Of a stretch of DNA of 64,000 nucleotides, positions 51,358 to 64,000 are shown one piece after another. Source of the DNA: Zootoca vivipara. Lineage: Eukaryota. The position numbers and the translations under genes were made by a program. Where the stretch lies: contig NC_083279.1 in NCBI RefSeq assembly GCF_963506605.1, forward strand, positions 9,052,001 through 9,116,000, given 5' to 3'. Within the stretch, counting starts at the first letter, position 1; each line of letters starts with the position of its first letter. Below the pieces are notes generated by a model. That model had not been told where the DNA came from. It made no database searches and worked only from the letters and a program-made list of their open reading frames with translations.

Positions 51358-51650
51358 TGACGCAGAAGATTTAAAAATAATATTCCCTTGTACCAGATTT
51401 ATATTGCGAAAGCTTCATTTCCTGGCTCTCTGACTGGACTCTGGACTAGGCTTTTGAGACCAAATACTCCAAACAAATTTTGTGGGTCAGGTTCACCCAA
51501 GTCCAGGACCTTCTACTTACTCTTCCTTTCCTGACTATGGAAACCCTTAACCACGATTCCCCACCTGTCTTGACCTGCACTACTAGGATACACTGACTCA
51601 CAAATATGACTCAGCCTCCAGATCACAGCAATTGTGTTCTCTGTGAATGA

Positions 51651-51993
51651 CATACCTGCCAAGTTGCTGTCAGAGAAATAAGGGACCGGGCGGAAATAGC
51701 AGACCGGAAGTAGCGCTGCCACCATTTTGGAACTGGATGGAGCATGCTCAGAAGTGACTTTTGATGCTGCTTTGCCCAGTTCCAAAATGGCCGTCGCACC
51801 AAGGGTCGCACTGCAGCCATTTTGGAACTGGGCAGAGCAGCATCAAAAGTCACTTCTGAGCATGCTCCGCCCAGTTCCAAAATGGCCGCCGTGCCAGAAT
51901 AAACTGGGAAAAAACAAAAAAATCTTTTTTTCAGCTAGGAACAGCTGGGAAAACGGGGATTTCCCAGGGAAAACGGGAGACTTGGCAGCTATG
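51651..51993. mobile_element. hAT-type non-autonomous element, inverted relative to 31667-32010
   Basis: TIRs are catacctgccaag / cttggcagctatg, with TSD gtgaatga. Confidence 0.9.
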
Positions 51994-52200
51994 GTGAATG
52001 AACGATTGTTGATTTCTTAATGCTCAGACTGCCCACTGCACCTGAACGAGTGTCATGAAACAGCATTGAGAAGGGACACTTCAGAGTGAAGTTGTGACCA
52101 CAGAAGGAGGGGTTCTAAAACTTTAACTCAGCTCACAAATCTTCTGTTGGAACAAATTACCTCTGGTTGCTTTCTCCTCCTGTGGGATTCCAGATACATA

Positions 52201-52429
52201 CTGCCTTTCCCCGAAAATAAGACACTGTCTTATATTTATATTTCCTCAAGAAGACACATTATGGCTTATTTTCAGGGGATGTCTTATTTTTTATTACGCG
52301 TCCAGCCTCGCCTCTTCCTTGGCGCCCTCCAAAACATTATGTCTTATTTTCAGGGTATGGCTTATATTGCACAAATGCTTAAAAATCCTGCTACGGCTTA
52401 TTTTATGTCTTATTTTCGGGGAAACAGGG
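52201..52429. mobile_element. Tc1/mariner (pogo-like) MITE
   Basis: The inverted ends are tttccccgaaaataagac / gtcttattttcggggaaa, flanked by TA. Confidence 0.8.
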
Positions 52430-53399
52430 TATGTATGAGAATAAACACATATGTCTGGAACATATGAGGAATGGAGGATGGGGAGATTGTGAATTGAGAA
52501 GCAAAGCAGTAGAGAAGGAAAAAAGCAAGCACTCAACTTTCCCTTCTCTTTTGTGTCCAACTTGCGGCAAGGAAGCAGGCAGATGAGGCTTCATTCATGA
52601 CACACATTCAAGAATAATGTGTAGTTAGAGTCCAATATATTTATACCCCACCTTTCTCGCGAGATGGGATTGCAGTCAATCCCATTAATGACTCGTTATG
52701 ATCAACTAATGCGTGTTTAAACATGATTAAAACCTGCCTTTGGCACGATAGGCAACCATTATCATGAGAGTTAAAACAAAGCTGGAGCAGAAAAACTGGA
52801 ATTCAGAACTTTAGCACGCTCATAATTATATTCTGCCTCTCTCTTTTTGTGTGTGTATCACTAATGCGATGAATTTAATTCAGGAGATTCTGTACTGTGG
52901 GTTTTGCACTTTGAAAAATTCCACTGTTGCACAGCTTAAGCTATGATTAAGAATATAAGCTAGAGGGATATATGATATGATATTCCGCCACAGGGAAGAG
53001 AATGCAATGGAATTAAATCGTTTTCAAATCAAACTTTGCCAACGCTGCACTGCAGGGCCCACAGATTTTCTGCTCTTTGTAAGAGATAACATATCTCCCA
53101 GGGGACAGGAAAACACATTTACTCTTTATCCTGTATATCCTCTGCTTTCTTAATTTTTAGAATTTATTCTGGCTCTCTGTCACTGAACACAGAGTTGTTG
53201 GCTTGGATCCCAAAAACAGTATGTGCAAAGGGGCTTTCTTGATCCTCTTTCGACTACCGTTCCTTACACCCTTGGAGATAAGGTGAAGCTTTCAAGAATG
53301 GCCCCACTATCTTCTGGGACCCGTGGGAAACATAGTTCTCAAGGACTTAAATAAAAAATAGAAGAAATGTGCCAAAACCTTCAGCTTTAGAAAATATAT

Positions 53400-53985
53400 A
53401 TTTTAAATGCTTTTTAAAATTGATACACCAAAAAAAAAAAGGACAAGAAATACAAACCAAACCATAATATGGACGTTATGAATTACAAATCAATAAAACA
53501 AAAGCAGTCCTTGGACTGTAGACCAGACCTCGCATCCATTCCTTATTTCAATTATCTATTATTTGTTGCCAACACACGTTTTTGTGTTAAATTAACTAAT
53601 CATTGATTTATCTAAGGTTTCAGATCTTTCTTAAAACTACTACTAAAGTTATTCAAATACTGCGACAGAGTTTAAACTACTATAATTGTTTTTCAAATAA
53701 AACTTTAAAGTCTTCCCATTTTGAGATGAATTTCTGTTTTGGTTTGTTCTTTATTTTTTCTGATATCTAACTCTGATATCTAACTATCTAACTCCGTATA
53801 ATCTGTTAACTTCTGGATCCATTCATGAATAAAAGAGATTTTATCACTCTTCCACATTGTAGCGCTAAGAATTCTTGCTGCCACGGTGGCATATAAAAAT
53901 ATACTCTTCATTTTTTGTGGGATATCCAGATCTATGATCCCCAGGAGGTAATCTTTTGGTCTTCTCTTGAAGGAAGTCTATTATT
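53400..53985 (-). mobile_element. L1-clade LINE 3' fragment
   Basis: The minus strand encodes PKDYLLGIIDLDIPQKMKSIFLYATVAARILSATMWK...EWIQKL, an L1 ORF2 C-terminal motif. Confidence 0.7.
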
Positions 53986-54253
53986 TTTTTGTATTTCTAA
54001 GTGGATACTCTCCCAGAATGCCTGGATTATTAATTTTTAACGAAAATATATATTTTAAATGCTTAGTGTCATTTTGTTGTCCCCTCTGTGCTCTGAAAAC
54101 TGAAACGGTTCTGCAGGAAAATAAGATGCTATGATGCCCATTAATGAGAAGTTTACCAACTTTACATTTAAAGGCAATGGGACCAGATATCCATGATTTT
54201 GTGGGCCACAGTCCACCATTGGTTGCATGAAGAGTTACCCTGAGTTGCAAGTA

Positions 54254-54539
54254 CAGTGGTGCTCGCTAGACGAATTTAATTCGTTACACGGGTCTTTTCC
54301 TATAACGAAAAATTCACCTAGCGAATCCCATAGGAATGCATTGAATTTTTTTTTGGAATTTTTTTTTGCCCATAGGAGCGCATTAATTGAATTTCAATGC
54401 ATTCCTATGGGAAACCGCGATTCGCTAGATGAATTTTTCGTAAAACGGATTCGTCTAGCGAGGCAACCTCCGCTCGAAAAATCCTTTCGTTAAGCGGAAA
54501 TTTCGTTAAGCAGGGCATTCATTAAGCGAGGCACCACTG
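54254..54539. mobile_element. Tc1/mariner (Tigger-like) MITE
   Basis: It has TIRs and a TA TSD, and is homologous to 44117-44402. Confidence 0.9.
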
Positions 54540-55532
54540 TACATACACAGCATTGAGTGGGGATTGTAAACAGTATTCTTAATTTGTTAATGTTACTTCT
54601 TGGCTCTAGGTGGCACCACAGTCTTAAATTTGTCTAGCTGTAATAAACTCTTTGGCCTTTGTTCTTCCTCCTTGAAGGTAATTCCACACTTCCTGCTTTC
54701 TCCACAAGATACAGACCTCACTGACCTGCACAGGGGAGGAAAAATTACTGCAGAGCTTTTTTGCTAATAGGAACCGGACTGATCCCTGCGCATAAGCAGA
54801 AAGATGCTTCAATGGGCGCAAACCAAGTGTGGATTAAAAGCCTGAAGAGGGAAGGGAAAAGGAACATTCATTCCCTTTGGCTATCAGTTGACTTGTTAAG
54901 GATCACTCAGAAGAATCCTTTATCCCCCAACAAATAAAGCTCTGGAGTAGGTAGACAAAGGATTAAAACACACAAACAAACAAACAAACACACAACAGGA
55001 GGGAATAAATAAACAAGGGGCCTAACAGGATCAGTGAGGACCTGGGGTTAAGATGCTGAATCCAGGCTAAAATGAAAGTGTACACTTTGCAGATGCTTAG
55101 AAAAAATAAAACGCTGCAGAGGAAAACCAAGCAGACTATCTCGCATTTGACACAAAGGGGAAAGTTGACACATGGCACACAACCACGAGAACCCTGGTTT
55201 TACTGTGTTGGAAAGGACTGGCAATATGGTAAGCACAACTGCTGAAAGGAAACCTGGGAATGATGGTCAAAATTGTGTGTGTATGCAATAGTAATTTATA
55301 AGATTTGCCCTGCTAGACTGTTCAGATAGTGGCTGAAACATGATCGGATCAAATAGGGATGTGGGGGTATTCTTTTGTTTTTGTTCCAGCTATTTATTTG
55401 TGCTTCTATCTTGTATTTTTATCTTGTGAACCGCCCTGACATCTTCAGACGAAGGGCGGTATATAAATTTAATAATAATAATAATAATAGTTGAGACTCA
55501 AGATGGCTCAAGCGTAATCTCAGGGGCGGCTG

Positions 55533-55930
55533 TGTTAGGATTTTGTGTACCTGATGCTGGGTAGTGTGATTGGTGTGAATCGCATGAGTTGTCTGAGAAG
55601 AGTGTGGGAACTGTCTTATCTCTTCCGTCTGAGAGTGTTATTGGATTGTACTTTCACTTCTGCAGTGTATGTTTTAGGTCTTGTTTTGCCGAAGCTGGAG
55701 AACACAGATGTGCTTATGGATCCTCTGTATATATTGTAAATAAAACGTAGTTTTAGACCTACAGATGTTTCTTCTTGCTGCGATATGCCAGAAGAACTGT
55801 GTGCACTTTTCCGAGGAGGAGTGTCGCAGAGAGGAGTGAAGGGGAATGCCATTCCAGAGACATGCCTTCGCGGATACGCTCAGAGGTACTGGGGGTCTGC
55901 CGTCCCCCCCCCCCGGAGCGCATTCCGACA
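55533..55930 (+). mobile_element. Probable solo LTR (398 bp)
   Basis: It has TG...CA ends with an imperfect inverted repeat (tgttagga / ttccgaca) and an internal AATAAA at 55739-55744. The 5-bp flanks are ggctg / gggtg (4 of 5 match). Confidence 0.6.
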
Positions 55931-55982
55931 GGGTGAAGGGTGCAAATGTGATTCTACGCTGCAATTCCACAAAAGCAAAATA

Positions 55983-56266
55983 CAGTGGTGCCTCGCTTAA
56001 CGAATGCCCTGCTTAACGAAATTTCCGCTTAACGAAATGATTTTTCGAGCGGAGGTTGCCTCGCTAGACGAATTCGTTTTACGAAAAATTCGTCTAGCGA
56101 ATCGCGGTTTCCCATAGGAATGTATTGAAATTCAATTAATGCGTTCCTATGGGCAAAAAAAATTCCAAAAAAATTCAATGCATTCCTATGGGATTCGCTA
56201 GACGAATTTTTCGTTATAAGAAAAGACCTGTGGAACGAATTAAATTCATCTAGCGAGGCACCACTG
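55983..56266. mobile_element. Tc1/mariner (Tigger-like) MITE, inverted relative to 54254-54539
   Basis: It is the reverse-complement homologue of 54254-54539, with a TA TSD. Confidence 0.9.
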
Positions 56267-57117
56267 TAAATAATAGAAGGGATCTTAACAGAAGCTTGAA
56301 ATTTTGCGTTTCGGCATGGCCTTATAACATATGCATATATTATACATATGCACACTGTATTTAAACAAATTATGACAGAACACCATTCTATTTACTCCCT
56401 TTTTCTTATGTTAATAAGGCCTTAAGTCCCAACTGGAGAGCAGCTGTTAACTGTCACAAATATTCTTCATTGTTATTACTCCAAGTCAGAGAATGACTGG
56501 AAAAGGGGAAACCTAAAATGAACTGGAAAATGAAGTTCCGGATTTATTATCAAATCCATGATTTCTTATCAACTGCAAGGCTGATTGAAGCATCTAAGTT
56601 TGACAGCTGTCCAAGAATAATGCGTATAATGGGGAATGGCAAAGATACTTCATGTAAGGGCTATTTACTTACATTAAATCAGAGGTGGTAAATTTGAACC
56701 TATAAAAGTTGTTGGGGGAGTTGTAGTCCATCGACATATGCAGGGCCATATGCTCTCCATGGCTGCACTGCACCAAATGATGGCTTGTAGGCAGATGAAA
56801 AAGTCAGAGAACAAGCACAAGAAACTTACTATTCACTTCACATCTCCTGAGCACTGAAGTTAATTTCACATATTCTGCGATTAGCTGTCAAGCAATGGTC
56901 ACACATGCATGTGTGAACCAATCCAATGTTCCAAACTCACATTTACTAAAAAAGTTGTTTTTAGTTAGTGAAGTTTTATTACTCCTCATTAAAAGTTCAA
57001 GCTACATTCAAACAAAACCCTTTTGAGGTTTTTTAAAAAATTAAATTTTACAACCAAGGGGAATAGTTTTATTTTAATGAAATAAATAAAATGTATGCAT
57101 TACAAAGGGACAAAAAA

Positions 57118-57491
57118 GAGACATGGGTGGCACTGTGGTCTAAACCACTAAGCCTATCGGGCTTGCCGATCAGAAGGCCGGTGGTTCGAATCCCCGTGAC
57201 AGGGTGAGCTCCCATTTCTCGGTCCCAGCTCCTGCCAACCTAGCAGTTCAAAAGCACACCAAAAAGTACAAGTAGATAAATAGGTACCGCTCCAGGGGGA
57301 AGGTAAACGGCATTTCCGTGAGCTACTCTGGTTTCGCCAGAAGCGGCTTAGCCATGCTGGCCACGTGACCCAGAAAAACTGCCTGCAGACAAACGTTGGC
57401 TCCCTCGGCCAGTAAAGCAAGATGAGTGCCGCAACCCCAGAGTCGTTCGCGACTGGACTTAACTGTCAGGGGTCCTTTACCTTTACCTTTT
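57118..57491 (+). mobile_element. Sauria SINE
   Basis: Full-length homologue of the other copies. Confidence 0.9.
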
Positions 57492-58624
57492 TATGCATTA
57501 CAAAGCGTACATTTGAGCATTCCTTGACACAAGCTTATATCCTCATTATTCTCTGCGGGTTAGCCACATGTTTATTAATGTGATGAAGGTCAGAAGAAAT
57601 TGCCAATAAGATTTTGCGAAAATATATTTCAACGTCAGAAGCAACTGATGTGCAGAATTACACTAACAGCCAAAACTAATAAATCAAGTGCATAAGCTAC
57701 CAAGCCAACGTCAGCCGACCGCAAGATTTAGCAGTCAGTTGTTGTGACAGGTGTCTATCAACATATATATTCTTTGTTATACACAAGTGGATTTACTATC
57801 TATTGTCTGTCCTCACCTGCAGTATATCAAATCTAAGGTGTCCAGCATTTAGACAAGGCTTGTTGATTTGGAAAGAAATCTGAACATTCTGCAGGTACAG
57901 AAATTACTGAACAAAATGTATGTTTATTAAGGAATGTACCATTTTAAGCACATAAAACTTTACAAATTCTCTAATTCTATATAGATGAAGCACTATAATC
58001 AGGGTTCCTATCTTAAAAGCTGCAGACAGAGAAACTCTTAAGGGAATGACAAGGCTGGTTTTCTCAGACTGCACAAGCTGGTTAAGTTCACAAAGCAAAC
58101 ATTGAATACCTGACTCAGAGAGCGCTCCTTCCTCATCAAGGGAAATATTCCTCTGGAGCAAGAATGCCATCATCATATGACAAGGAAACTGCCTCTAGAC
58201 AATAGGGTCTTTTACAGAGACCCAGTATACTAAATTCTTTTGATGCAATGGGAACTATGCACTAACAGGCCATAACTATTGACTCAAATATTTCCAACAG
58301 GAGGCTTCTTAAAACAAGCTTTTTCAAAAAACATGGATGGAGTGAGATCTTCCTTATCTACTTCCAGGAAGAAAAACAGGAAAACGGACTAGTGCCAGTT
58401 AACCCTTTTGCAGGTGCCAAATTGCTCATGGTGGCTACCCTAAAAAGGGATTCCACAGAGCTCCGCAAACACCTCTCCTAACTGGGAGAACTGGCAGCAA
58501 AATGGCAACTGTGATTTGATGTTAGCAAGTCAAAAGCGACAAGGCAAATAATAATAATAATAATAATAATAAATAATAAATAATAATAATAATCCAATTT
58601 CACATATACAGTACGCATATGTGG

Positions 58625-59039
58625 CTTACCTTCCAAGTCCCGGACTGCTGAATCCGGGACCGGCAGCTGTGTGACACTGGAAGTTGTGTCAAAGTAACTT
58701 CCGGTGTCGCTTTGCCCTTCTATGGGCACCCAAAATGGCCGCCGCCGGCTTCGAAAGTAGCTCGTACGCATGTCAGGAAGTGCGTCGACGCAACTTCCGG
58801 TGTCGCTCCGCCCATCTATGGGCACCAAAAATGGCCGCCGCCGACACCGGAAGTCGCGTCTATGCACTTCCGGACATGCATAGATGCGACTTTTGAAGCC
58901 GGCGGTGGCCATTTTTGGTGCAAATCGGAAAGAAAAAATGGCCGCCGGCAGGAGAAAATAACGGAGAAAAACGGGAGACGAAGTGATACGGGGGACCACT
59001 GGGAAAAGGTAAGTAAAAACAGGGTACTTGGAAGCTATG
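58625..59039. mobile_element. hAT-type non-autonomous element (415 bp, CpG-rich)
   Basis: TIRs are cttaccttccaagt / acttggaagctatg, with TSD atatgtgg. Internal subrepeats include aaaatggccgccg and cttccgg. Confidence 0.85.
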
Positions 59040-59701
59040 ATATGTGGACTGAACTGCCAGGGAACTGACCAGAAATGAGCCACAGATCGCTCCATGAAAG
59101 TGTTGACCGAGTGTGCGGAAGCTGTGAATATTGTAAATTTCATGTAAGGGCTCATCAGTAAAGGCATTTTAAATAAAATTGCAGATATCATAATGTCGTT
59201 ATACAGATCTATGGTGTGACTGGAATCACAGATCTATTGTAGAGCTGGAAGAGGTTCAGGAAAGGGCAACTAAAACCAATCCCATGAGTGTAGACTTGTG
59301 GAGAAAGTAACATACGAGGCGATATGATCACATAGAGATTCCCAGCCTCTGGTGGTGATTTGGGTGCAGGGGGGGGGGTAGCACATTTGTCAATGGCCCT
59401 CCTCATACAAATTGCTGCGAAGGAGTGACTGCATTTCAACAAAGGGAGCAACAGGCATACATTCTAAGTGCAGTAGAACTGGGATGTTTCTCTGTCCAGG
59501 AAACAAAAGCCTTGCAATGAGCAAAATGTGTATTCAAACAGAATATTCAAATTTAGAATATTTGTCTCCACCCACAGTTGTGCATCTCTTACGTCAGCCA
59601 TGTCCGAGTTCCAGCAGGGTGAGATCTACCATCCAATATCAAAAACTGCCAGTGATCATCCACACTCTCCTATTGTCATTCTTCAACTTAAACATATTTT
59701 A

Positions 59702-60062
59702 CAGGTGAAAGTCGGAAAATTAGAATATCGCCGAAAAGCGCATTTATTTCAGTAATGCAACTTATTATTTTTTTCTTTTTCTTTTAATTTTGACAAATGC
59801 TTTCTTTTGGAAATTCTACAATAATAAAATGAATAGTTACAATAATACAAAAGCAAACACCGCTATTACATTGCATTAATTACATTCCATTTATGATCGA
59901 CCCGCCTAACGACAAATAATTACAATTACAACAAATACAGGCTTGACATATCTTGCTTTGCATGCCATGCATCTATCTCATATATTGGGTTTCACCTTTT
60001 AAGCTGCATTACTGAAATGAATGGACTTTTCGACGATATTCTAATTTTCCGAGTTTCACCTG
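59702..60062. mobile_element. Tc1-like non-autonomous element
   Basis: It has ~60-bp TIRs (caggtgaaagtcggaaaattagaatatcg / cgatattctaattttccgagtttcacctg) and a TA TSD. Confidence 0.88.
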
Positions 60063-61654
60063 TATTTGGCTGGGGATACCCAGCCAGATGGGCGGGGTAT
60101 GTATAAATAAATAAATAAATAAACAAATAAATAATTGTTATTATGATGATAAAAATAATAACAAAGGGGCCTTGGTGCGCAGGAAGCCAACATACCCTGA
60201 AATGTCCAATTTCCCCTTTACCAGACAAAGAGCTACGTTGGGGGGGGGCAGTGGCTTACTCTTGAGTAAATGCAGCCAGGCTGGAGATGGAAATGTGGGG
60301 AAAGTTCAGCATCCATGCAGAACTGAGGGGCAGCTTACTTTTGAGTAAACACAGCCAGGCTAGAGCTGGAAAGGTGGGCACCACAAGCCTTTCTGGGGCA
60401 GCTAGCTCACTGGGCGCCTCAGATGACTGGGCGACGCAGCCCATGCGTGCTATGGCAAGCTACGGCTTGCAGGGGGGGTAGCAGGTGCCTTGCACCTTTC
60501 CGGGGCCAGCCATCTGGCTCGGCATCGCGGCTGCGAAAGCGCCAGCCAGAGCGCTTGCTGCCATGCTGCCTGTGGAGTTGCTTCAGCTGCGGCTGTGAGC
60601 GCTCTGAGGGTGCCCAGTGGCCGTGGGAGAGGGCGGCGGGAGCAGGTGCCCCAGGCCTTGGTCGGGATCGACCAGAATCCATTGCAGGATCGACGAATCG
60701 ATTGCGATCAACACCTTGGACATGTCTGTCTTACGCTATGTGTGCTACCTGGCTGCCGATGCTTAAGAAAGTATGACCCAGCCCAGAGATTATATTATGG
60801 GAGACGACCGAACAACGTCTTGCCATGGCATAATACAAAGTAATGGCTAAATATTACACAACACAGCAATGTTGCTTGCCTCTTTCTCAAAGAGAAAGTC
60901 TTCTCAGCCTATGTTCTCGAGCCAATACCAAATCCAGGTAGCATCGTCTGAGCATGACGGGGATTTTGATGTGCTTCTGAAATGTACTATCCATTCTAAA
61001 TTCTGTGGTCTGCAGGAGAATTAGAGCCAGTTCTCGCTTTTCTCCAGTTACATCTGGTTCAAGGAAGGCCTTTTCCAAAAATGGGCCTAGCCAGCCTATC
61101 AATTTTCTTTTGCACCTTTGAATCGCAGGAGCCAGCCAGATGGCTCTCAGTCAGCCCTGTCTTTTGCTGCAGCTATTATTGCAGGGAGAGCGAGAATGAA
61201 GGGAGGGGGACCCTGGGGTGAGGGCAAAGTTAAACTATGCCCTGGATTAGCAATGAAAATGGGTGATCAGTGTAATGAGATAATTCTATTACCTTTGTGT
61301 TCAAGCAATTTAGCCTTGATTGTTGCTGACCTTTGGTGATTGTGAGCACCACTGAAGCACAATACAACCCTTTTAATAATAATAAAAATTAAAAAAATGT
61401 GCTAGTTTTGCCTGGTATTATTTGTATGCACACCCATGCACAGTGCTCTACCTGCCTCTTTTGCCTCCGTAGGTCCAGTAAATGTTATTTTTGCAATATT
61501 TATCAACTTTTCACATCCTCAGCCCAGCCATTCTCCAAGGAGCTCGAGGTGGCATGCATTGGGTTCTACCATTTTACTGCCACCTGTGAGGCAGGGGATT
61601 TATTTGGGGAACACCTTGGCAGAGCGGGGATCTGAACCCAGGTCTCCCGAAGCA

Positions 61655-61993
61655 TAAAGGTAAAGGGACCCCTGACCATTAGGGCTTGCTGATCAGAAGG
61701 TTGGCGGTTCGAATCCCTGTGACGGGGTGAGCTCCCATTGCTTGGTCCCAGCTCCTGCCAACCTAGCAGTTCGAAAGCACATCAAAATGCAAGTAGATAA
61801 ATAGGAACCGCTACAGCGGGAAGGTAAACGGCGTTTCCATGTGCTGCTCTGGCTTGCCAGAAGCGGCTTTGTCATGCTGGCCACACGATCTGGAAGCTAT
61901 ACGCCGGCTCCCTCGGCCAATAATGCGAGATGAGCGCGCAACCCCAGAGTCGGTCACGACTGGACCTAATGGTCAGGGGTCCCTTTACCTTTA
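61655..61993 (+). mobile_element. Sauria SINE whose 5' end is replaced by an inverted copy of its tail
   Basis: The SINE body starts at ~61681. Positions 61655-61683 are the reverse complement of 61965-61993. Confidence 0.9.
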
Positions 61994-63669
61994 ACCATGG
62001 TTTATCTGGAGGAGACAAACCATGGAGTCTGGCTTCAGATGACACATTTTGCTAAACCACGTCTTAGCTCTCAGCAGTAACATGGGGCTGGAAGAGGAGG
62101 AAAAAAGCTATGACCTCTATTCTGGGAGCCCATGGTTTGGCTTGGTGTTACATGCAAACCAGGTCAATGAATCAGTTTTCTCCAAAATAACCTTGGATTT
62201 AACTGCTTGATGGGACAATCTAAGGCCATCTTTGGAGTAAAGGGAGGGGAGTTCATTTCCCCATGCCACCATTAGCACACGCATAGCTGGCTATACTGAA
62301 AATTCCACACTTTTAATTCCAGGACTGGAAGCAGGAGACGAAGTGTAGCAAACATTTTATATATGGCCTAGAGACTGTCCCTAATGTACGTCACGGTTTT
62401 CCTTCTTTGCCCTCACAGGGCTGAAACCTCGCTCGTTCATAAATTCTGCCACTTAATTCCATTTAATTCTCACGATGGTTCCACAGTGGCTTGTACCCAA
62501 AACAATGTGGATTAATTGACTTTCTTTTGAGGGCAAAGAGAAAGGAAAATGGTGCAGAGAAGAGACTGAATGGAGGGGAGCAAAACTAAGGCCATTAGTT
62601 TGGTGAGGTATTGAGGGTGTGCAAGATATTTGGCGCCCCTCTGTTTAACATATCTTATTTGAAGATCTCCCATTCATACAAAGGAAACGGTAAGGAACAA
62701 GCGGTCAGTTTTTGTGACCTTTGTTTGCTCAGATTTACAATCACTTCTTGCAACCCCAGGAATTCTTATTGCATTGCCCGCTAGTCTCTCTGTTGCCAAC
62801 TGCCCTGACAAAGAAATCTCATTCCACAACTGTTCTTTACATCCTAATCAGTGAGGTTGCACTTCACCGCTTCTAATAACTGCTCTAATATTTCCACTCA
62901 AAATTCTACCTAATTATATATTGCGACTGTGTTCCCAACACAAGCCATTTGAAACAGATTAACCCGCTGGGATGAATACTTTTCAGAAACTACCTTTAAA
63001 TGCCTTTTCAAAGTAAAATGATACCAGTTTGAAACAGATCTAAGGTTAACTTTTCAACTAAAAGTGTAGCAAACACATAAATAACCAGGGTATCGCTTGG
63101 GGCAGGGAGGGGCACTGTGGGGAGGGGGCGATGAAATGGAATGGCTGAAAGTTTGAAAAGAAGTCCTCCACAGTCGAGGGCGTATTGACTTTTCCAGTTT
63201 TCAAATTCCAAAAATGAGGGTGGTAGAAAGTTGTAACACAACTTGGGAATTCAAAAGATATTTTGGTTGATTTAATAAAACTTAGTGGTAAATAAAATGT
63301 GTGTAAAAATTGCATAGAGATCATTAAAAATGATTGCCTTGTACTTGCAGTTATATTGTGTATTGATATATTATACACATTTTATATGAGCTGACACTCT
63401 CAGAAGGTAAAATTTAAAGCCTTTGGTTTTCTGAGAGCAGCTTATTTGAGGCTTAATCAAACGTAGACTTGTCAAGATATATGTTGCCCAATCACAAAAA
63501 TAATAGCAGATCTGATTCCCCACCCTGCAAAATATGCATTTTAGACCCCCCTTATTGAAGAAATCTGCAAAAATTAAGTTTCACCCCGTTGTCCACACGG
63601 CAACGGTTTATTATTCTTCCCAATGCCAATTTGAGTCCTTCTGTGCTTTTGCTTATGCAGTCAAAAATA

Positions 63670-63912
63670 CAGTGGTACCTCTACTTACGAATTTAATGTG
63701 TTCCGAATGCACATTCGTAAGTCGAAAAAATTTGCAAGTCAAATCCCATAGGAATGCATTGGGAGAAAAAATTAGTAAGTTGAAGCAACCCTATCTAAAA
63801 ATTCGTAAGTGGAAAAAATCCTATCTAAACCACATCCAAGATGGCGGACGGAGCTCCGTTCATAAGTAGAAACATTTGTAAGTAGAGTTATTCATAAGCA
63901 GAGGTACCACTG
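63670..63912. mobile_element. Tc1/mariner (Tigger-like) MITE
   Basis: TIRs are cagtggtacctct / agaggtaccactg, with a TA TSD. Confidence 0.88.
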
Positions 63913-64000
63913 TACCACCCATGCGCAACAGGGGAGAGTCAGACGACTTAGGGTCTACCTATAGAAATCTCAGCTTGGTGGTGGTTACCTGTCCAGCACA

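Noticed and set aside
51515-51600. Possible upstream KLF12 exon (VYPS... with a GTAAGT donor)
   Set aside because: The translation does not match the expected VHPSPVSRVRGNRMNNQKFPC-like exon, and the acceptor is weak. That exon probably lies beyond the window.
58478-59191. 237-aa ORF
   Set aside because: It runs through a GC-rich hAT element and an (AAT)n microsatellite, with no recognisable domain.

Overview
This is vertebrate genomic DNA from a squamate reptile, probably a lacertid-type lizard; that assignment rests on the abundant Sauria SINEs plus BovB, CR1, L2 and L1 LINE fragments. The only protein-coding gene I can support is the 3' end of KLF12 on the minus strand. It comprises the penultimate coding exon (45218-45375, ending in zinc finger 1), a ~24 kb last intron, the last coding exon (20859-21040, zinc fingers 2-3 and stop), and an inferred ~9 kb, almost transposon-free 3' UTR ending near an AATAAA at 11760-11765. 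Upstream exons appear to lie beyond the window. Positions 1-11.7 kb are intergenic. Nearly all other ORFs are transposon fragments or noise. The two best leads are: (1) a candidate 15-nt, frame-preserving microexon (37292-37306) with strong splice sites and a NAGNAG acceptor, which would insert VVGST or VGST into the ZF1-ZF2 linker of KLF12, reminiscent of WT1 +KTS; and (2) a minimal hammerhead ribozyme in a short Penelope-derived insertion (47785-47824). Several retrotransposon insertions also have unusual structures. No CRISPR array, rRNA or genuine tRNA gene was found. Repeat family names come from pattern recognition, not database searches.
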